64,000 nucleotides of DNA. Origin: Dendrobates tinctorius. Lineage: Eukaryota. The stretch covers positions 1,860,001 through 1,924,000 of the forward strand of contig NW_027361730.1 in NCBI RefSeq assembly GCF_039654945.1. The letters are read 5' to 3'. Shown piece after piece: positions 50,225 to 63,239 of the stretch. The notes beneath the pieces are model-generated. The model was not told the DNA's origin. It was given only the letters and a program-made list of their open reading frames with translations, and did no database searches. Made by a program: the position numbers and the translations under genes. The stretch's first letter is position 1, and each line of letters begins with the position of its first letter.

Positions 50225-50650
50225 GTATCTAACTGTATTTTGCAGATATTTTAATTTTTGAACCATATTTAACCCCTTCCCGACATCTGCCATACATGTA
50301 TGGCGCAGGTTGGGAGCGGGTGTATGGAGTGGGCTCACAGGTCGATCTCGCACCATAAGCGGGATATAATAGCTGCATATCACAGCTCTGAGTCTAACAG
50401 TAGCAGGATGGAGCCTAGCACCCACGACTGTTAACCTGATAAATGCTGCTATCAGTCTCTGACAGCAGCATTAAAAACTCACTCTTATCAAAGTTTATTT
50501 TAGAAAATACATATATTTGTTGTAAAATAACAATTATGCAGCATTATCTCTTAGAACTCTGCATTTTTCTAGTCCTCTTGAATTCCTCCTAGAAATATAT
50601 GAATAAATTGAAGGAGTTGCCACTACTCTGACAACCCCCTCTCACGGTAA

Positions 50651-51046
50651 AGGTACTGTCACACTTAGCGATGTACCAGCGATCCTGACCAGCGATATGA
50701 CGCGGTCAGGATCGCTGGTACATCGCTAAGTGGTCGCTAGTGAGCTGCCACACAGGCAGATCTCACCAGCGACATCGCTGGGGACGGGGATCGCTACTTA
50801 CATGTCACAACAGGCGATCCTGCGTCCTCCCGCCCGGCTCCACGCGTCGCTCGTCCTCACAGCAGGAAGCGCCGCAGGAAGCAGACGACGAGAAACAGTC
50901 CTGAACGTTCTCGCGCGATCAGCGATAACCAGCGGGGGAGCCGGTCGTAGGTAAGTATCACACATAGCGATATCGCTAGCAATATCGCTATAACGTCACT
51001 AGTTATAGCGATATTGCTAGCGATATCTCTTAGTGTGACATGCCCT
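50651..51046. mobile_element. Harbinger-like MITE, AGCGAT-rich family (duplicate at 54903-55298)
   Basis: TAA TSD; homologous to the copies at 14219 and 34242. Confidence 0.8.
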
Positions 51047-54000
51047 TAACAGTTCACCAAGCAACTGATCTACTCTGCTCGACTTTTTGATAATTTGTGC
51101 ATTATTTGCTCCATATCTTTCAGGTAAAAAAAAATCCTGGTTATGCAACACTTAGGGAAATAGTTGAACTGATTAGAATCCTTCAGCTGTCTAATCTCTT
51201 TTCTTCAACCTTCATCTCAGGTTTAGTGTTCTGCTGGGCCCTGAACTTTTATAATAGGTGGTTATTGTGTCATTAGGGTTTGTGGTTACATTGATGGAAA
51301 TAAGCCAAATGAAGAATGAAAATAATGTAGTGCCAGAGCACCATAGCAGAATATATGCTTTTCAAAGCTATCATGCAAACTGTCTCTTCAGACACGAAGA
51401 GGACTTGAACTCTAGTGAAACCTATAGGAAGTAGCAATTCTAAAAGTCAATAACGACTCTCCGTCCTAAGCCGAATGTATGGACATGTAGGTCATAAGAA
51501 GCTAAATAAAATATTATCTGTGATCAGATGCCTTATTCAAGTGAGATCAACGTTTTCTTATATGTACTGTAAATGAAATGTTAAAGCAGGCTTGCACAAT
51601 ATATGACCCCCCATAGGATGTTGTGCTGCCTGCAGACAACCAGGAGACTCCAGTTCTCATTTTCCCATGTTCAACTGTATTTGCATCCTTCAAGAATTGT
51701 AAAATGGCACAGTAGCAAAGGAGCAGTGTGGGGGATAATTTGGAGAGGGGCAGTTTGGCAGGGTATATTATGGAGATGGGCAGAGACTGGGGTATATTAT
51801 GGAGAGGAGTGGTGTGGGGATATATTATGAAGAGGGGCAGTGTGGGGGGATATTATACAGGGGGCAGTGTAGTGAGATATTATAGAGAGGAGCAGTGTGG
51901 TGGGGATGTTATTTTTCAGGAAACAGAGTGAGGAGCAATAGACTTGCATTGCCAATTTTGATCTTACACTCAATTCAAAATCAGACATGTTACCAATTGG
52001 ACATGTTCACAGCTCCATAGAATAACATGGATACAAGTATTATCAATCAAAACCATGGATAGCACTTGTCCAACTTAAATGGTCATGTGCACGAGCACTT
52101 AAGGACATAAGTGGCAAGTTTTTTTCTCTCCGTTGCCATGAGTGTTCCAAATTTTATTTTAATTACAAATCTGTCATATAATTCCAGGGATATGGGTCTT
52201 TTTACTTAGTGCTAATTTTTATGGTTTTTAGCCCCTTACTGCCATTGGACGCAATAGTACATCTAATGGCAGTACCCCTGCTTTGATGAGGGCTCCGGCA
52301 GTAAGCCGGCATCAAAGCCGGGACATGTCAGCTGTTTTCAACAGCTGACATATGCCCGCAATAGGTGCAGGTGGAATCGCAATCCACCCGCGCCTATTAA
52401 CTAGTTAAATCCCACTGTCAAATGCGGGATTTAACCTGCGCTTCCGGTCGCCGGGCCAGAAATACGCGCATCACCAACCTCCATCACATGATCTGGGGTC
52501 AGCGATGCGTTGCCATAACAACCTGAGGTCTCCTAGAGACCTCTATGGTTGTTGATGAGGCATTGCTATGAGCGCCACCTGGTGGTCGGCCCTCAGAGCT
52601 ATGCTGTAATTCTGCTACATATAGTCGAACTGCTCATCGCCTATATGTAACAGAGCCGATCAAGTTGTGGATTCTTCTAACCTCCCAAGGAGGCTATTGA
52701 AGCATGGCAAAATTATTTAAAAAATGTTTTAAAAAAATATGAAAAAAATAAAAAAATATAAAAGTTTAAATCACCCCACTTTCGCCCCATTCAAAATAAA
52801 ACAATTAAAAAAAATCACACATACACATGTTAGGTATCGCCGCATTCAGAATCGCCCGATCTATCAATAAGAAAAAGGATGAACCTGATCGCTAAATGGC
52901 GTAGCGGGAAAAAAAATCGAAATGCCAGAATTACTTTTTTTGGTCACCGTGACATTGCATTAAAATACAATAATGGGTGTTCAAAAGATCGTATCTGCAC
53001 ATAAATGGTATCCTTAAAAATGTCAGCTCGGCGCGCAAAAAATAAGCCCTCACCCAACCACAGATCACATAAAATGGAGACGGGTATCGGAAAATGGCGC
53101 AATTTTTTAGCAAATTTGGAATTTTTTTCACCATTTAGATAAAAAAGAACCTAGACATGTTTGGTGACTATGAACTTGTAATGACCTGGCAAATCATAAT
53201 GGCGTGTCAGTTTTAGCATTTAGTAAACCTAGCAAAAAAAGCCAAACAAAAACAAGTGTGGGATTGCACTTTTTGCAATTTCACCGCACTTGGAATTTTT
53301 TTCCCGTTTTTGAGTACACTACATACTAAAACCAATGATGTCGTTCAAAAGTACAACTCGTCCCGCAAAAAATAAGCCCTCACATGGCCATATTGACGGA
53401 AAAATAAAAAAGTTATGGCTCTTGGAACTAGGGGAGCGAAAAGCAAAAGCCGAAAAAAGCTCTGTTCATTAAGGGGTTAAAAAGTGGGTGGTGCTCACTA
53501 CATACTAAGCACTAAATAAAGAGTGACATATCTCTGGAATCTTAGGGTGTATTTATAAAAAAGCTTAAAAAAATGGAATACTAAGGGGAGCAGCGGGAAT
53601 AAAATAGGAGCAAAAACTGGGCACTGTTGACCTGATGACAGGTCCTCTAAGAGGATGGACCTCGGTGCATTTCCCTGCTGTCAGCTGGCCAGGACCAATG
53701 TGCTTTGATTTCAAATGGGAATAACATGTGCAGCTGTAATTCTTGCACTGTCTCATACAAGGGACATTTTGACTAAGGCCGGTTTCACATTTGCAATTAA
53801 GACCGCAGCGTCGGCCTGCGCACGGCCACCGCTAAGCCCTGCCCCCTGTCGCGCCTCCGCCGGTAGCTCCGCCTCCGGGTGCATGACACTGCATGCGTCA
53901 TGCGTCCCCTATCTTTATCACTGAGGACGCAGACCGTGCGCAGTATGCGTTTGGCGGCGCCTGCGTCCTTTTGACGGCGCGCCGAGCTCCACCAAATTGC

Positions 54001-54440
54001 AACAGGTTGCGTTTGGCGCTGGTTGGCGCACCGTCAAAAGGACGCAGGCGCCGCCAAAACGCATACTGTGCACGGCCTGCGTCCTTAGTGATAGGGGATG
54101 CATGACGCATGCAGCGTCATGCGCCCGGAGGCGAGCTACCGGAGGAGGCGCGGCAGGGGGCGGGGCTTAGCGGCGGCCGTGCGCAGGCCGACGCTGCGGC
54201 CTTAAACGCAAATGTGAAACCGGCCTAAGTCAGTTAAGTTCTCGCTATGGTTTTGGCATTTGAGAAAATAGCAAAGTGGTAGCATTCTACAGGCAAATGT
54301 TAATGATAACAAGAAGTATATGGTAAGTTGGGAAATTAATAATTTTTTTTGTGTGAAGAACAGTAATACAGTATTCCATTGTTACACAATATACGGTAGA
54401 TCATTGTTTGTAACAAGATGTACTTGTCTTTTTCTTGCAG

Positions 54441-54473
54441 AAAATACGGCCCTCATTGATGCAAAGTCGCAAG
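54441..54473 (+). CDS. IgV-TM-NLR gene, 33-nt linker exon, copy 2 (ENTALIDAKSQ)
   Basis: Same splice sites as copy 1; CCG to ACG (Pro to Thr) difference. Confidence 0.65.
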
Positions 54474-56444
54474 GTATCTAACTGTATTTTGCAGATATTT
54501 TAATTTTTGAACCATATTTAACCCCTTCCCGACATCTGCCATACATGTATGGCGCAGGTTGGGAGCGGGTGTATGGAGTGGGCTCACAGGTCGATCTCGC
54601 ACCATAAGCGGGATATAATAGCTGCATATCACAGCTCTGAGTCTAACAGTAGCAGGATGGAGCCTAGCTCCACCCACGACTGTTAACCTGATAAATGCTG
54701 CTATCAGTCTCTGACAGCAGCATTAAAAACTCACTCTTATCAAAGTTTATTTTAGAAAATACATATATTTGTTGTAAAATAACAATTATGCAGCATTATC
54801 TCTTAGAACTCTGCATTTTTCTAGTCCTCTTGAATTCCTCCTAGAAATATATGAATAAATTGAAGGAGTTGCCACTACTCTGACAACCCCCTCTCACGGT
54901 AAAGGTACTGTCACACTTAGCGATGTACCAGCGATCCCGACCAGCGATATGACGCGGTCAGGATCGCTGGTACATCGCTAAGTGGTCGCTAGTGAGCTGC
55001 CACACAGGCAGATCTCACCAGCGACATCGCTGGGGACGGGGATCGCTACTTACATGTCACAACAGGCGATCCTGCGTCCTCCCGCCCGGCTCCACGCGTC
55101 GCTCGTCCTCACAGCAGGAAGCGCCGCAGGAAGCAGACGACGAGAAACAGTCCTGAACGTTCTCGCGCGATCAGCGATAACCAGCGGGGGAGCCGGTCGT
55201 AGGTAAGTATCACACATAGCGATATCGCTAGCAATATCGCTATAACGTCACTAGTTATAGCGATATTGCTAGCGATATCTCTTAGTGTGACATGCCCTTA
55301 ACAGTTCACCAAGCAACTGATCTACTCTGCTCGACTTTTTGATAATTTGTGCATTATTTGCTCCATATCTTTCAGGTAAAAAAAAATCCTGGTTATGCAA
55401 CACTTAGGGAAATAGTTGAACTGATTAGAATCCTTCAGCTGTCTAATCTCTTTTCTTCAACCTTCATCTCAGGTTTAGTGTTCTGCTGGGCCCTGAACTT
55501 TTATAATAGGTGGTTATTGTGTCATTAGGGTTTGTGGTTACATTGATGGAAATAAGCCAAATGAAGAATGAAAATAATGTAGTGCCAGAGCACCATAGCA
55601 GAATATATGCTTTTCAAAGCTATCATGCAAACTGTCTCTTCAGACACGAAGAGGACTTGAACTCTAGTGAAACCTATAGGAAGTAGCAATTCTAAAAGTC
55701 AATAACGACTCTCCGTCCTAAGCCGAATGTATGGACATGTAGGTCATAAGAAGCTAAATAAAATATTATCTGTGATCAGATGCCTTATTCAAGTGAGATC
55801 AACGTTTTCTTATATGTACTGTAAATGAAATGTTAAAGCAGGCTTGCACAATATATGACCCCCCATAGGATGTTGTGCTGCCTGCAGACAACCAGGAGAC
55901 TCCAGTTCTCATTTTCCCATGTTCAACTGTATTTGCATCCTTCAAGAATTGTAAAATGGCACAGTAGCAAAGGAGCAGTGTGGGGGATAATTTGGAGAGG
56001 GGCAGTTTGGCAGGGTATATTATGGAGATGGGCAGAGACTGGGGTATATTATGGAGAGGAGTGGTGTGGGGATATATTATGAAGAGGGGCAGTGTGGGGG
56101 GATATTATACAGGGGGCAGTGTAGTGAGATATTATAGAGAGGAGCAGTGTGGTGGGGATGTTATTTTTCAGGAAACAGAGTGAGGAGCAATTATTTATTC
56201 AGTGGCACAGCATGGTATATATTTTTTATTCATGGGGCATTATAATGATACTTTTTATTTTTAAGTACTGCAGAAGGCCAGAGAAGAGGGAAGTCTGGAA
56301 AGATGAGCTCTAGGCGTAAAATCTCATAATTGTGTCTGTACTATGACAAAAGGATTGGAGACAAGAGATGGGAACAACTTCAATCAGAGAAGATGTCAAG
56401 TATAAGGTGCATGGATACAAATGTTTTTGTGATACTGGCTGATG

Positions 56445-56447
<3 letters not shown>

Positions 56448-56510
<63 letters not shown>
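56448..56510. repeat. (TA)n microsatellite
   Basis: About 31 TA units. Confidence 0.95.
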
Positions 56511-56513
<3 letters not shown>

Positions 56514-57095
56514 CTGACCTGAAATTGCAAATTATCATAGTACTAAACTTGGTGATGTACTCCTGTACTTACAGTGTTTCTGGTGATGTATTCATGTACT
56601 GACAGTGGTTTTGGGAATATATTCATGTACTGTTGGTGGTCCTAGTGATGGATTCATGTACCGATGGTGGTTCTGGTGATTGTATTTGTGTCCTGTTGGT
56701 GGTTCTAGCACTGCATCCATGTACTGACGGTGGTTGTGATCATGTAGCAATCCATAATGTGCTTCATGCTAAAACTGAAAAATCATCAAAACTTAATTTT
56801 GAGATTAAGAGGAGGATTTGGTTGAGTTTCCACTTAGTTTCTGCTCCAAAAACTCGATGTATTTTTGGGTGTGTTCAAACTGAGCATTTTGGAGCAGAAA
56901 CTCTCCAAATCCTTCTAAAATACTCAAAAATTTGTTCTAATGATGTATTAGTTCTGATGATGTATTAATGTACTGACGGTGGTTATGGTGATATATTCAT
57001 GTAAACACCCCTTTAGATTATTTTGCAGCCTTTTGGATTGGTTCAATATGAAAATGTGGGCCTTGGACCAAAAAATGTTGTTCACCCCTGTGTTA

Positions 57096-57473
57096 GGGTG
57101 TGTGCACATGCTGCGGAATCTGCTGCGGATTCATCCGCGCGGATTTTGCAAAATCCGCAGAAAAATCCGCAGGTCAAAAGACCTGCGGTTTATCTGCAGA
57201 TTAGCTTGGGGTTTTGCCCTGCGGTTTATCATCTCCACAATGGAGGAGATGGTAAACCGCTGCGGAATCTGCAGAAAGAATTGACATGCAATTCTTTCTG
57301 CGGATTTGAAACCGCAGCAAAATCCGCGCGGAAAATTCCGCAACGTTTGCACAGCGGTTTTTAATTCCCATAGGGAATAATGGTACTATACACCGCAGCT
57401 AATTCTGCTGCGGATCCGCAGGGCCAAATCCGCTGCGAATCTGCAGCAGAATCCACTTCGTGTGCACATACCC
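57096..57473. mobile_element. Harbinger-like MITE
   Basis: GGGTGTGTGCACA ... TGTGCACATACCC, TTA TSD. Confidence 0.8.
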
Positions 57474-58124
57474 TTAAAGACAATGGGCAAAACACATCTC
57501 CCTGAGAATCTTCAGAACTTAATTTTTTTTAAAAAGGGGAAGTTACCAGTGTGAGACATGTAACTAACACAGAACAGTAAAACTGAGCTTTGTCTTCTTA
57601 CAAACACATTTACTGCAGCACTGCTGTGTTACGACAATATTGTAACCCTGCCTGGCTGTGAGATGGAAGCTGAAGCACTGAGATCTCTCCAGTGAGATCA
57701 GTAAGAGTAGTAAGCAGCCATAACAAATCATACAGGTAACTCCCCCTTTTATTTAAAATAAGCTCTGGAGTTAGATTCTCATGCAGATCAGTGTCCGACC
57801 CATAACCTGGAACAGCTCATTTACATACATAAAAAAACTGGATTCCTCTAGAATAAGACATCAGACCACAAATATCAAGGTATCATTTTATTAACTTCCT
57901 ATCACCTACATGACGATATAGATGGCTTAGGAGGGTTGATCCTCCTAACAGATTCCCTTTAAATACAGCCTTGTTATCTATGATTGAGACAGAGCAGAAC
58001 TGGCTATGGCATGCAGATATCTTTTGAGCACATTATGGTAAATGTATTATTTACTTTAAGTTCAAGCATTCATGCAAAAATATTATATGTAATGGACCCA
58101 TAAGTGTGTTCCAGAATTACTCTA

Positions 58125-58397
58125 GATGTAAGATATTTGCCCACACCTGTCCATGAAATAGCCTTGGAGTCAATTGTCCAATTACTTTTGGTCCCTTTAA
58201 AAGCAGGGTGGCACATGTTAAGGAGCTGAAACTCCTAAACCCTTCATCCAATTTTAATGTGGATACCCTCAAATGAAAGCTGAAAGTCTGAACTACAACT
58301 GCATCTGAATTGTTTTGTTTAAAATTCATTGTGGTAATGTCTAGAACCAAAATTAGAAAAATGTTGTCTCTGTCCAAATATATATGGACCTAACTGT
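58125..58397. mobile_element. Terminal fragment of a second Tc1-like family
   Basis: Ends ...GTCCAAATATATATGGACCTAACTG-TA, a CAGT-type Tc1 TIR. Confidence 0.65.
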
Positions 58398-58400
58398 ATA

Positions 58401-59954
58401 CACTGCTCCAAAAAATAAGGGGAACACCACATCCTAGATATCATTGAATGAAATATTTCAGTTTTAAATATTTATTCATTACATAGTGGAATGTGTTGAG
58501 AACAATAAAACTTAAACATGATCAATGTAAATCAAAATATCCCATGTAGGTCTGGATTTGGAATGATACTCAAAATCAAGTGCAAAATCATTTTACAGGC
58601 TGATCATTGGAAATGCCTCAAGACAAGGAAATGATGCTCAGTAGTGTGTGTAGCCTCCACGTGCCTGTATGACCTCCCTACAACGCCTGTGCATTCCCCT
58701 GATGAGGTAGCGGATATTCTTCTGTGGGATCTCCTTCCAAACCTTGATTAAAGCATCAGTCAACTCGTGGCCAGTCTGTGGTGCAACGTGGAGGATGGAA
58801 TGAGACATGATGTCCCACATATGCTCGATTGAATTCAGGCCTGGTGAATGGGCAGGCAAGTCCATAGCATCAATGGCTTTATCATGCAGGAACTGCTGAC
58901 ACACTTCAGCCACATGAAGCCTAGCATTGTCATACATCAGAAGGAACCCAGGGCCCACTGCACCTGCACATGGTCTCACAATGGGTCTGAGGATCTCATC
59001 ATAGTACCTTACGGCAGTGAGGGTACCTCTGGCTAGCACGTGGGGGGCTGTGCAGCACTCCAAAGAAATGCCTCCCCTCACCATTACTGACCCATTGCCA
59101 AACCGGTCATGCTGAAGGATGATGCAGGCAGCAGAACGTTTTCCACAGCGTCTCCAAACTCTGTCATGTCTGTCACATGTGCTCAGTGTGAACCTGCTCT
59201 CATCCATGAATGGCACAGGGGCACAGGACGCCAATGTTGAATTTGCCAATCTTGATATTCCCTGACAAATGGCAATAGCCTGCACAGTGTTGGGCTGTAA
59301 GCACAACACCCACTTGTGGATTCGGGCCCTCGTGCCACCTTCATGGAGTCTGTTTGTGACAGTTGGAGCAGAATCATGAACGTTGGTGGCCTGCTGGAGG
59401 TCATTTTGCAGGGCTCTGGCACCGCTCCTCCTGTTCCTCCTTGCACAAAGGGGAAGGTAGCAGTCCTGCTGCTGGATTGTTGCCCTCCTATGGCCTCCTC
59501 CACATCTCCTGGTTTACTGGCCTGTCTCCTGGTATCTGCTCCATGCTCTGGACACTATGCTGACAGACACAGCTACCCTTGTTGCCACAGCTCACATTGA
59601 TGTACCATCCTCGATGAGCTGCACTACCTGAGCAACTTCTGTGGGTTGTGGACACTGCCTCATGCTACAGTACCTCTAGGAGAGAGAGCAATGACAAAAC
59701 CAACAGCCAAAAAGGGAAAAGAAAAGAGAAATGGTCTGTAGTACCTGAAGAACCACTCCTTTATAGGGGTTGTCTTGCTAATTGCTTATCATTTCTACCT
59801 GTCATCTGTTCCATTTGCACAACAGCAGGAGAAATCGATTCACAATCAGTGTTGCTTCATAACTGGACATGCTGATTTCACAGAAGTGTGATTGACTTGG
59901 AGTTAATTTGTGTTGTTTAGTTGTTTAAGTGTTCCCTTTATTTTTTGAGCAGTG
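58401..59954 (-). mobile_element. Tc1/mariner transposon, full-length and decayed
   Basis: TA-CACTGCTC(C/A)AAAAAATAA(G/A)GGGAACAC TIRs at both ends; ORF 58638-59309 has FMDES, MYDNA and LNSIEHMW (DD34E remnants), frameshifted upstream. Confidence 0.92.
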
Positions 59955-60123
59955 TACATGATCAAAGTGAAGGGGTGGGAAAGAATAAAGTATTTGATGT
60001 TGTCTAGCGAGTTGATGATATTCATAATGTGACTATTGAGCAATCTCTCCACTTATTGTACTGTGTATATGTGTGCCTCATTTTAAACATGATCTTCTAA
60101 ACCTTTTCTTTGTCATTTTATAG

Positions 60124-61669
60124 AATCTATAATACAACATTATAAAAAAAGTGTGGCCTACATTATGCAACATAAAGATTATTCTCTATCACAAAGACAT
60201 TTACTTGTGAAAAAATGTAGTTTTCTTGAATCTTCTGGAAAAATGAAAGCATATACAGAGGACAAGTCTGAGACTATAAATGCAGAAGAACTTTTTACAC
60301 CGGAAAAGCAGCAGCTTATATCCAGAAGAATGTGTTTACTGGGGGATGCCGGGAGTGGAAAAAGCTATTTCTGTAAATGGCTTCAAACTGAATGGATACA
60401 AGAAAAACTTACAATGTATAAATGTATTGTATACCTACCCAGCAAAAAATTCAAGAATAACATGAGCCTGGAGGCTGTATGTGATGAAACATATTCTAAC
60501 CTTTCTTCAGTTCTCAGCATGGATAATATCCTGCTCATTTTTGATGGACTTGATGACCTTGTGTGTGAAAACAGAAACTCAGACTCAACTCAGAAGAGTG
60601 AAATAACTAATTGCTCTTTAAATATGTACCCCTTGTTGGAAAAAATCATGAAAAAAATACTTGTGCCTGACATGGATGTCTTAATTGTATGTCGCAATGA
60701 CTCTTTGATTGACTTACAGAAGGAATGCAACTCAGCTTTTATTCTTCTAGACTTTACTGAGCAAGAGACTGAGAATGTCTATAATACAATTACTGTAAAA
60801 GAGCAAAAATCAGACAAGAGATGTAAAAAAATATCAGATATCACACACATGCCTGCTTTTGTTGTAATGATGAGTCATTTCAGCAATAACCACCATCTGG
60901 AAACAATCAGAGATTCTAGTCCATATACGATTCTTACTGATATTTTGTTGGAGTGGACTACAAATGTCATAGGAGAAAGAATAAAGCAGAATATTTTTAT
61001 AAATATGGCAAGTCAATCATATGTAAACCTTATTAAAGGTGAGCCAAACAGCACAGAGACTATAGAGTCCTGGGACACATTTCTGAAATTTTATAACTGC
61101 CAAGAGCAAAGTAAGTACCAGCGCAATATTCTGAGAGACATGTTGGCAGCTGCACACTGCGTATGGGAAATACACCGTACAGGAGGCTTAAAAGAGTGCC
61201 TGAATTTCTGGGTGTTTGGAAGCAATATACATAGGAATACTGAGTTGCTAAAATCTGTTGCAGATGAGCACAATGCAAAATATTATCACTTCATAAGATT
61301 CTTCATGAGACTTCTCAATTATCCAGATTGTGAGAGTCTGTGTAATAATATGCCCATGAAGAACAGTTGTATGGAAGACTTACTTTCAGACTGGTTCAAG
61401 GAGAACATTTGCAAATGTAGACCTTCTGAAAAGCTGAAACTCCTCCATTGCATTTTTGAACTTCATGATGAGATGATGACAATAGAAGTTCTGTCAAACT
61501 TGAAAAAGTTAGAGCTCTTTAACACCCCTCTGAACTTTAAAGATATCCAGGCCTTGGATTACTGCTTCAAAGACATTGAATTGGAAGAACTGGACTTGAG
61601 GCTTTGTGCTCTTGAGGACAAAAGTGTTAAACGACTCAGAAGTGTGATTAAGAACACCAAAAATGTTAT
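60124..61669 (+). CDS. IgV-TM-NLR gene, NACHT exon (NBD-HD1-WHD-HD2 and first LRR)
   Basis: tgtcattttatag| phase-1 acceptor in frame with ORF 60153; Walker A GDAGSGKS, Walker B LLIFDGLDDL, sensor-1-like LIVCR, HD2 motifs FIRFFMRLL and LLHCIFEL, LRR LEELDLRLCAL; donor AT|GTAAGC, phase 2. Confidence 0.93.
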
Positions 61670-62750
61670 GTAAGCTGATCTGTTTGTTTGTTCCAATACA
61701 GTTGTAGAGTAATACCAGTAAAAGATACCAATGCAATGCACAGATCATTTTATCTTTATGTGCCATAGATTGGTTGGCATTACGGACAGGGTCACTATTG
61801 GGGTACGTGAACACATTGAGTAATTACAGCTGATTTTTCTGCACAAGAAAAACGTGGCAGGATAAATGCTGCACAGAATACTTGTTTGTTGATACATTTT
61901 TACATATGTTTTTAATGTGTTTTAACTTGCGTTTAACACTACATAAAAGCTAAAAGAATCAACCTGCTGCAGATTTGAAAAAACTTTTTGTTGGTTCAAA
62001 TCCGCAAGGAAAAAAATAAGCAACATGTTTGTGTCATTCACTTTGCTGGTACTGTAAAGTGCAGCATTGTTTACCCTTCAAAAATGCAGGTAAAAAAAGT
62101 AGCAAAAACACAGCCCACGCAAACTATGGTCAAACACTCACCAACTCCAACAATTGTTGTACGGGAGTTATAAGGTTTCCATTCTAAAGTAAAAGTGACC
62201 TTTTAATTGGGAAATGAGGTTCAAACCTTTTATCTGGCGTAGTGCATTTTCTTTAACATTAATTTAAATGCATGTTCAAAAAGGGATAGTATTCACATAA
62301 TACTCACTTTTGGGTCTTGACCATTTGTCCTTATGGAGACCAGATAGTTCTAATGATAGTCCTGACAACTGATTGCGGCACTGTTGCCATGTATTGAAAC
62401 ATACCCAGGATAAAATAGCATACCTGTAGGAATAATTTGAATCTCAGCGATAAAATATAGGCTCATCCAGTTTTGTATTGTCATAAACAAACTGGATAAA
62501 ATAAAAATTGAGATTTATAGAAACTGGAAATGTATTTTACATCAGGCTTCATAGAATGGCACAGCTCTTGAGAACATCAAATATGTGATTCCAAAAGCAT
62601 ACAAGTTTGGGAATATAGATACAATTCGTTGGCCATTGATACCTGTACATAAATACCCATACATAAACACTCGCTGTACATAAATAGCTATATTACATAA
62701 AATATTTATTTCTGTGGTCATCATATTTGGATTGATTTTATTTGTTTCAG

Positions 62751-62837
62751 GCTGTCTTCTAACTACTTGACTGAAGAAGCTGGAAAGGTACTAGGAGAAA
62801 TTCTGGTAGAGCCTGGCTGTATTATTGAAAAACTTTC
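62751..62837 (+). CDS. IgV-TM-NLR gene, 87-nt LRR exon
   Basis: tttgtttcag| ... |GTGAGT, phase 2-2; (M)LSSNYLTEEAGKVLGEILVEPGCIIEKL(S) is a ribonuclease-inhibitor-type LRR. Confidence 0.9.
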
Positions 62838-63239
62838 GTGAGTATAGAAATCTGCATATTTTCTACATGTTCATATTTAATCAAAGAACAAACAGATGAA
62901 CGGCAAACTAGGGCACACAAATCACCACATTAACAGACGGAGCTATTTATCTGAAGTATTGCGGTATATGTTTCAGTCAAAAAACGGAGGTGCTTGCATA
63001 AAAAAACATGAATACTTCAATGTGAAATGGAAGTATAGCTGAAAAACTGTGCATCTTTATTTCACATCAATTCCATCAACAGGTATGTGGACATACAGGA
63101 CGTTAGAGGAATGCTAGGGGAGGGAGGTGCACAGGATGCACGGTTCTTCAGCTATATTGGTGAGTGCTGCATATTTTTTCTTCTTCGATTTCACATTGAA
63201 ATGTTCATATTTAAATCAATATATTTTTGGTCCAGGTAT

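Larger units (their letters stand above)
47689..56191. repeat. Head-to-tail tandem duplication of about 4.25 kb (47689-51937 and 51938-56191)
   Basis: Offset 4249, becoming 4252 after a 3-bp indel; only about 5 differences seen by eye; AT microhomology at the junction. Confidence 0.95.

Noticed and set aside
61668-61673. TAA ending ORF 60153-61673 as a premature stop that truncates the NLR
   Set aside because: The TAA lies within the splice donor AT|GTAAGC; the frame continues in the phase-2 LRR exon at 62751.
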